From assembly GCA_965223295.1 (NCBI GenBank), contig CBDCWC010000003.1, positions 832,001 to 896,000 on the forward strand: a stretch of 64,000 nucleotides of DNA, written 5' to 3'. The translations under genes were made by a program, and so were the position numbers. Every line of letters starts with the position of its first letter. The stretch's first letter is position 1. The notes under the pieces are model-generated. The model saw only the letters and a program-made list of their open reading frames with translations. It had not been told where the DNA came from and did no database searches. Positions 58,413-64,000 of this stretch are shown here, one piece after another. This DNA is from Nitrospirales bacterium. Its GTDB lineage: Bacteria > Nitrospirota > Nitrospiria > Nitrospirales > UBA8639.

Positions 58413-59387
58413 ATGTCTGGATCTGAACACGAACAGATCTCTCAGCTTCGGGCCTACCTGAATCACCAGGTTATCGGCCAAGAAGGTCTCACCCTCAGAC
58501 TCATCATTGCCCTGTTAGCAGATGGGCATCTTCTGGTAGAGGGAGCACCGGGCCTCGCCAAAACCACCGCGATAAAAACACTCGCCACGGGCCTAGAGGC
58601 TGATTTTCACCGAGTTCAATTCACGCCTGATCTGCTGCCAGCTGATATCACCGGTACAGATATTTACCGCCCGCAAGACAGCTCCTTTCGCTTTCAACAT
58701 GGGCCCATTTTTCACAACCTTGTGCTTGCAGACGAAATCAACCGTGCGCCAGCGAAAGTCCAAGCGGCCTTGCTGGAAGCTATGGGCGAACATCAAGTCA
58801 CGATTGGCCGGAGCAGTTATCCTCTTCCAGAATTATTCTTGGTTATGGCCACACAAAATCCCATTGAACAGGAAGGCACCTACCCGCTTCCTGAGGCCCA
58901 ATTGGATCGATTCCTGCTTTATGTCCGCGTTCAATATCCAACTGTGGAAAGCGAACGACGCATTGCCAAACTGGTTCGGAACCAAGCCAAGGCTACTCCA
59001 TTGGATGCAGTTGGTCAGGTCTCGCCCATTCCTCAAAAAGTCTTGTTCGCCGCGCGCCAGGACATTTGGAATGTCCATTTTGCCCCAACCTTAGAAGAAT
59101 ATCTCGTCCAACTGGTGGTCGCGACACGGGATCCAGCTCCCTACAGTAACACCTTGAAACGATGGGTGCGCTTCGGAGCCAGTCCACGAGCCACCATTGG
59201 CTTAGAACGATGTGCGAGAGCTCATGCCTGGCTGGAGGGGCGAGACTATGTATCGCCCGAAGATATTCAAGCCATGGCCCATGATGTGCTCCGCCACAGA
59301 ATTTTATTGACCTTCGAAGCCGAAGCCGAAGGCATCACCCCTGATTATGTGGTGTCTGAAATATTAAACCATGTGGCCGTTCCGTAA
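58413..59387 (+). CDS. moxR: MoxR-family AAA+ ATPase
   Basis: EGAPGLAKT, FTPDLLPAD, ADEINRA, ATQNPIEQEGTYPLPEAQLDRF. Confidence 0.95.
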   Translation: MSGSEHEQISQLRAYLNHQVIGQEGLTLRLIIALLADGHLLVEGAPGLAKTTAIKTLATGLEADFHRVQFTPDLLPADITGTDIYRPQDSSFRFQHGPIFHNLVLADEINRAPAKVQAALLEAMGEHQVTIGRSSYPLPELFLVMATQNPIEQEGTYPLPEAQLDRFLLYVRVQYPTVESERRIAKLVRNQAKATPLDAVGQVSPIPQKVLFAARQDIWNVHFAPTLEEYLVQLVVATRDPAPYSNTLKRWVRFGASPRATIGLERCARAHAWLEGRDYVSPEDIQAMAHDVLRHRILLTFEAEAEGITPDYVVSEILNHVAVP

Positions 59388-60414
59388 CCGCGCACAAGCG
59401 CCTTTCACCGTTGCCAGCCCATCGGATTCAAGCCCCTTCCGAGGAGTTCATGTACACCTCAACGACCTTATTCAGGCGCGCCATCACATTTCTGGGTTAG
59501 CCGTCAAGCGTCAAACCCGGTCTCATGCCCTACTCGCTGGTGGGGAACGGTCGCCATTCAAAGGACGCGGAATCGACTTCGAAGAATCCCGCCGGTACCA
59601 GCCCGGAGATGATGTCCGGTTAATGGATTGGCGTGTCACGGCTCGGACGAATACACCCTATCTGAAAGTTTTTCGAGAAGAACGCGAGCGTCCGGTCTTT
59701 CTGGTGGTGGATGATCGACAGGCTATGCATTTCGGAACCAAAGTGGCTTTTAAATCAGTCGTGGCTGCACAGGCCGCAGCTCTATTGGGATGGGCATCCC
59801 ACGACAGGGGTGATCGAGTTGGCGGCATTGTATTTTCGGAAACGGATCATGTGGAACTCCGTCCTAAAGGTGGAAGATCAGGAATCCTTCAATTGCTGAA
59901 TGTCCTCGCTACTCGTACTGGCCAACCCTCCGGACATCGGCTTGAACCAGATTCTTCAACGACAGCTTTGCGATCAGCGCTCAATAGAGTCCTCAAGGCT
60001 GCTCGCCCAGGAAGTCTTATCTTTATTTTGAGTGATTTCCGCGAATGGGATCAGCAATCCCGAATAGCTTTGCGCCGACTTGGAGCACATCATGAAGTTG
60101 TGTCTCTGTTTATCTATGATCAGATCGAACAAGTGGCGCCACCTCCGGGTTCCTATCCTATTACAGATGGTCAATCCTACGGCCTCCTGCAAACATACTC
60201 GGCACAAACAATTGAAGCGTACAGACAGGCATTTAGTCGGCGGTATGAAGATGTTCGCCATCTGTGCTATTCACGGGGAATTGGGTTTGTTCCTTTAGTT
60301 ACACATCAAGATATTTTCACCCAACTCACAAAAGGATTCCAGACATTAGCAGATGGTCGAAGTGCAAACCGTTCAGGGATAGTAGAATTGCCTGAGAGAG
60401 AGGGAGTCGCCTGA
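59371..60414 (+). CDS. DUF58-domain protein
   Basis: GRGIDFEESRRYQPGDDVRLMDWRVTAR, EERER, SDF. Confidence 0.92.
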   Translation: MWPFRNRAQAPFTVASPSDSSPFRGVHVHLNDLIQARHHISGLAVKRQTRSHALLAGGERSPFKGRGIDFEESRRYQPGDDVRLMDWRVTARTNTPYLKVFREERERPVFLVVDDRQAMHFGTKVAFKSVVAAQAAALLGWASHDRGDRVGGIVFSETDHVELRPKGGRSGILQLLNVLATRTGQPSGHRLEPDSSTTALRSALNRVLKAARPGSLIFILSDFREWDQQSRIALRRLGAHHEVVSLFIYDQIEQVAPPPGSYPITDGQSYGLLQTYSAQTIEAYRQAFSRRYEDVRHLCYSRGIGFVPLVTHQDIFTQLTKGFQTLADGRSANRSGIVELPEREGVA

Positions 60415-60415
60415 T

Positions 60416-60913
60416 ATGCCTAACGTTCCTGATCCGTTACAAGACCTGCGGGATGTGCATCTGCCAGATCCGATTTCCTGGTGGCCTCCCGCATTTGGAT
60501 GGTGGATGATTCTGGTTCTGATCATCATTGCGGTGAGTTTGCTTCTGTGGGCCAAGGCCTATTACCGACGTACTCGACCTCGACGATTTGCGCTCGCACA
60601 ACTTAAAAGCGTGAAACAACAATATGCGCGAGATTCAGATGACCAATGGACAATCAGAGAAGTCTCCCATCTTCTGAGGCGCTATGCCCTTTCGGTGTTT
60701 TCCCGATCTGATGTGGCTGGGTTATCGGGGAAAGCCTGGCTGAAATTTTTGGATGATACGGGCTGCACGAACCAATTTTCTGAAGGCCCCGGACAATCAT
60801 TGCAGTCTGGCCCCTACCAAGCCCAGGTATCCACCTCAGCATCTGAACTCCTTCCCCTGGTGGAACAATGGATTCAACAGGTTCGCATCGACAAAGGGAA
60901 ACTTGTGTCATGA
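60416..60913 (+). CDS. DUF4381-family membrane protein
   Basis: LRDVHLPDPISWWPPAFGWW, LSGKAWLKFLD. Confidence 0.88.
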   Translation: MPNVPDPLQDLRDVHLPDPISWWPPAFGWWMILVLIIIAVSLLLWAKAYYRRTRPRRFALAQLKSVKQQYARDSDDQWTIREVSHLLRRYALSVFSRSDVAGLSGKAWLKFLDDTGCTNQFSEGPGQSLQSGPYQAQVSTSASELLPLVEQWIQQVRIDKGKLVS

Positions 60914-61965
60914 TCTCGCTACTCTGGCCATGGATACTTGCAGTCGGTCCATTGCCGTGGCTTGTGAGACGCTGGGCTCCTCCGGCTCCGGAACAAGCCA
61001 AAGCCGCCTTGCGTGTCCCCCATTTTCGAGACTTGATCGGATTTCAATCCGGAAAACCTATTGGAACGAAACAACCTGGACCCTCTACCATGTTTTGGTT
61101 CAGCATTGTGATCTGGCTCCTATTAGTGTTAGCTGCCGCTCGGCCTCAGTGGATTGGAGAACCTGTGGGTTTGCCTACCAGCGGACGGGATTTGATGTTA
61201 GCCGTAGATATTTCTGGCAGCATGGCCATCCCAGATTTTGCCATCAATGGGCAAGAAGTGACGCGTCTAGAAGTGGTGAAACGCGCAGCCAGTGAGTTTA
61301 TTACACGCCGAACAGGCGATCGGATCGGCCTCATTGTGTTTGGGTCCCAAGCTTATGTGCAGACACCCCTCACTTTTGATCGTGAGACGGTTGCCACCAT
61401 GCTACGCGAAATGGAAATTGGTCTGGCCGGAAAAGAAACAGCCCTTGGTGATGCGATTGGGTTAGCTGTCAAGCGACTCAAAGAACAACCAGCCGGCAAT
61501 CGTGTCTTGGTGTTACTTACAGACGGAGCCAACACGGCTGGGGAAGTTTCACCTAAACAGGCAGGTGAGTTAGCCAAAGAGCAAGGCCTTCGGATCTATA
61601 CAATCGGCGTGGGGGCAGACCGCATGGAAGTGGATTCGTTATTCGGGTCTCGAACGGTCAATCCCTCGCGTGATTTAGATGAAAATACGCTCCGAGAGCT
61701 GGCGCAAGCAACTGGAGGGTTGTATCTCCGGGCCAAGAATACCGAGGCGTTGGCCAACGTGTATCGCGAACTGGATCGCCTGGAGCCAGCTTCAACGGAT
61801 GTTGAACTCTTTCGTCCCAGGACAGAACTCTTCATCTGGCCGTTGGGACTGGCTCTGGGATGCTCTGTGTTTATGTCACTGTTCTTTTTGGTGAGGAATA
61901 GTGCGGGCATTGGAGTGAGGCGGCCCACACAACCCATGACGACAGAAACTCTGGTGAGATCATAA
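60910..61965 (+). CDS. VWA-domain protein (BatA-like)
   Basis: ARPQW, DISGSM MIDAS motif, PLTFD, LLTDG. Confidence 0.92.
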   Translation: MISLLWPWILAVGPLPWLVRRWAPPAPEQAKAALRVPHFRDLIGFQSGKPIGTKQPGPSTMFWFSIVIWLLLVLAAARPQWIGEPVGLPTSGRDLMLAVDISGSMAIPDFAINGQEVTRLEVVKRAASEFITRRTGDRIGLIVFGSQAYVQTPLTFDRETVATMLREMEIGLAGKETALGDAIGLAVKRLKEQPAGNRVLVLLTDGANTAGEVSPKQAGELAKEQGLRIYTIGVGADRMEVDSLFGSRTVNPSRDLDENTLRELAQATGGLYLRAKNTEALANVYRELDRLEPASTDVELFRPRTELFIWPLGLALGCSVFMSLFFLVRNSAGIGVRRPTQPMTTETLVRS

Positions 61966-61967
61966 AG

Positions 61968-63851
61968 ATGGCCACATTCCATTTTCTTCGGCCTGAATGG
62001 TTGTGGGGATTTTTGCCATTAACGGGTCTGTTAATTGTCCTCACGAAACACAAAGCCACGGCCCAGTTGTGGGAGTCGGTGTGTGATGCACATTTATTAC
62101 CACATGTGCTGATGGGCACTCCCGGAAAACAATCCAGCGGTCCTGTCGTTCTTCTCGGACTGGGATGGACGTTGGCCCTCGTGGCATTAGCCGGTCCCGT
62201 ATGGTCGAAGTTGCCGCAGCCCGTGTTTCGTACTGAATCGGCATTGGTCATCATCTTAGATGTCTCACGCTCAATGGACGCACAAGATGTCGCCCCATCA
62301 CGACTCACCCGTGCCAAACATAAGATCTTGGATATTCTGCAAACTCGAAAAGAAGGACAGACGGCACTGGTCGTATTTGCAGGGGACGCATTTGTCGTGT
62401 CCCCACTGACCGATGATGCCCGGACCATGAAAACACTGGTGCAAACCCTCGAAACCAGTCTGATGCCAGTGCAAGGAAGTCGGCCTGACTTAGCTCTCAC
62501 TATCGGTCATGACTTACTGGTACAAGCTGGAATTCCGGGCGGCAACCTCTTGCTCATCACAGATGGGAAAGTAGATTCCGCTGCCATACACATCATGAAA
62601 CAAGTAGCTCAGAAAGATAGAACGATTGCTATTCTGGGCGTGGGCACAGAGGATGGAGCCCCGATCCCCGACCAGGGCGGATTCGTCAAAGATGAAACCG
62701 GAACGATTGTCGTCCCAAAATTAGATCCTGATTCCTTGCATGAGGTGGCTCGGACGGTCGGTGGCCGATATGCCACCGTCACGCTGAATGATGAGGATCT
62801 GGATCATGTTGTCCCCACAACAAATGTTTCAACGCTGTCTACCTCAACAAAGGAGGATCAACGAACCACCGACATCTGGCGGGAGGAGGGGCCTTGGTTG
62901 ATAGGAATTCTCCTCCTAGTCACCCTTCCCGCGTTTCGTCGTGGATGGATTGGCGCCCTGCTGATCTTTGTATTTCTGCCACAAGTGAGTCAGGCATTTT
63001 CATGGGAGAGTATCTGGGAACGTTCTGATCAACGGGCCATGAAGGCTTTAGAACAACACGATGCTCAAAAAGCTGCGGCGCTGTTTGAACAACCTGACTG
63101 GAAGGGCATCGCCCATTATCGTGCCGGTGAGTACGATCAGGCGGAGCAAGTATTTTCGGGTATGGATTCACCAGATGGACACTATAATCGAGGCAATGCT
63201 TTAGCCAAACTGGGAAAGTACCAGGAAGCCATCGCTTCTTATCAAACCGCCTTAAAGCAACAACCTGACCATGCAGATGCACAACATAACTTAGACCTTC
63301 TCAAAAAGATGTTGGAGAATCAACAGTCACAAAATTCTCAAGAAAACAATTCCAAGCCATCTGATTCTTCTTCGGAAGAGCAGCAACAACATGACGAAGG
63401 AGAAGGATCTGCTCAACAGAGTCAGGAAGGGGAATCTGAGAAAAGCGAGCAAGAAAACAAGCAAGAACAGACCGCTTCTCAAAATGATACAAGCCAAGAT
63501 GAGGCAGGAGCATCAGAACCACGTCAAGATTCTTCAGACGACTCCAACAAATCTGAAGAATCTCAAGCACAGTCCCCTGCTCAAGATATGGAAGAGAATA
63601 AGGCCCAATCGGATATCGCTCAAGCCAATCAGGGAGAAAGCACAGAAGATAATGATTTCCAGAAGCAGCAGGCTTCGGCTTCTGAGTCAGAAGAGACGCA
63701 GGAGGATCAGAAATCCCAACAGGCTCTTCAACAATGGCTTCGTCGCATTCCCGATGACCCTGGAGGGTTGTTGCGGCGCAAATTTCTTTTGGAACATCGG
63801 CGACGTATGGAGGCAGGGACGGCAGTGGATAGTATAGGGAGGGCATGGTGA
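61968..63851 (+). CDS. VWA + TPR protein (BatB/BatC-like)
   Basis: DVSRSM, ITDG, TPR YNRGNALA, Q/E/S-rich linker, WLRRIPDDPGGLLRRKF. Confidence 0.92.
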   Translation: MATFHFLRPEWLWGFLPLTGLLIVLTKHKATAQLWESVCDAHLLPHVLMGTPGKQSSGPVVLLGLGWTLALVALAGPVWSKLPQPVFRTESALVIILDVSRSMDAQDVAPSRLTRAKHKILDILQTRKEGQTALVVFAGDAFVVSPLTDDARTMKTLVQTLETSLMPVQGSRPDLALTIGHDLLVQAGIPGGNLLLITDGKVDSAAIHIMKQVAQKDRTIAILGVGTEDGAPIPDQGGFVKDETGTIVVPKLDPDSLHEVARTVGGRYATVTLNDEDLDHVVPTTNVSTLSTSTKEDQRTTDIWREEGPWLIGILLLVTLPAFRRGWIGALLIFVFLPQVSQAFSWESIWERSDQRAMKALEQHDAQKAAALFEQPDWKGIAHYRAGEYDQAEQVFSGMDSPDGHYNRGNALAKLGKYQEAIASYQTALKQQPDHADAQHNLDLLKKMLENQQSQNSQENNSKPSDSSSEEQQQHDEGEGSAQQSQEGESEKSEQENKQEQTASQNDTSQDEAGASEPRQDSSDDSNKSEESQAQSPAQDMEENKAQSDIAQANQGESTEDNDFQKQQASASESEETQEDQKSQQALQQWLRRIPDDPGGLLRRKFLLEHRRRMEAGTAVDSIGRAW

Positions 63852-63880
63852 AAAAACAAGATTATGCTTTTTCCTCTGCT

Positions 63881-63917
63881 TCCGTCATTCCCGACATTTT
63901 TTATCGGGAATCCATCT
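63881..63917 (+). repeat. REP-like palindrome
   Basis: TCCGTCATTCCCGACATTTTTTATCGGGAATCCATCT; near-identical to 24276-24312. Confidence 0.75.
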
Positions 63918-64000
63918 TATTTATTGGCAATCAAAGCGTTTGTAGATGAAACACATCAAATGCCTCTACACAACAATAATGTCTACTCGTTTTTCTGTGC

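Noticed and set aside
63300-63730. Q/E/S/D-rich low-complexity tract as a repeat system
   Set aside because: It is the usual disordered linker of BatB/C-like proteins.
1-64000. CRISPR array or cas genes
   Set aside because: No regularly spaced direct repeats with unique spacers and no Cas-like ORFs.

Overview
Bacterial chromosomal window, most likely a Nitrospira-like (Nitrospirales) organism. This is inferred from the five-subunit 2-oxoacid:ferredoxin oxidoreductase operon and the trmFO-xerC-hslVU-argB block. Left end (1-12.2 kb): a secreted FHA-like protein and an AT-rich lipoprotein/metalloprotease cluster. These sit behind a sigma54 promoter with tandem enhancer sites, next to a GAF-sigma54 activator, a CHASE2 nucleotidyl cyclase, a GAF histidine kinase and a class II phosphodiesterase. 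Middle (12.8-33.4 kb): tRNA-Asn, forDABGE, cysQ, trmFO, xerC, hslVU, argB, a nicotinamidase, pqiAABC, a Cpx-like two-component locus with a frameshifted regulator, a K+ channel and a gcvR-like gene. 33.9-47.7 kb: a decaying accessory island of one- to three-gene modules. The modules are separated by related ~28-bp imperfect palindromes around a small tyrosine recombinase pseudogene, and an IS1182 is inserted into one palindrome. This is the best candidate for an undescribed integron-like cassette system. Right end: TolC-fusion/RND efflux, carbamoyltransferase-sxtJ-sxtK-like genes and a MoxR/Bat operon. Several MITE/REP-like repeats are dispersed through the window. All calls are by eye, without database searches.
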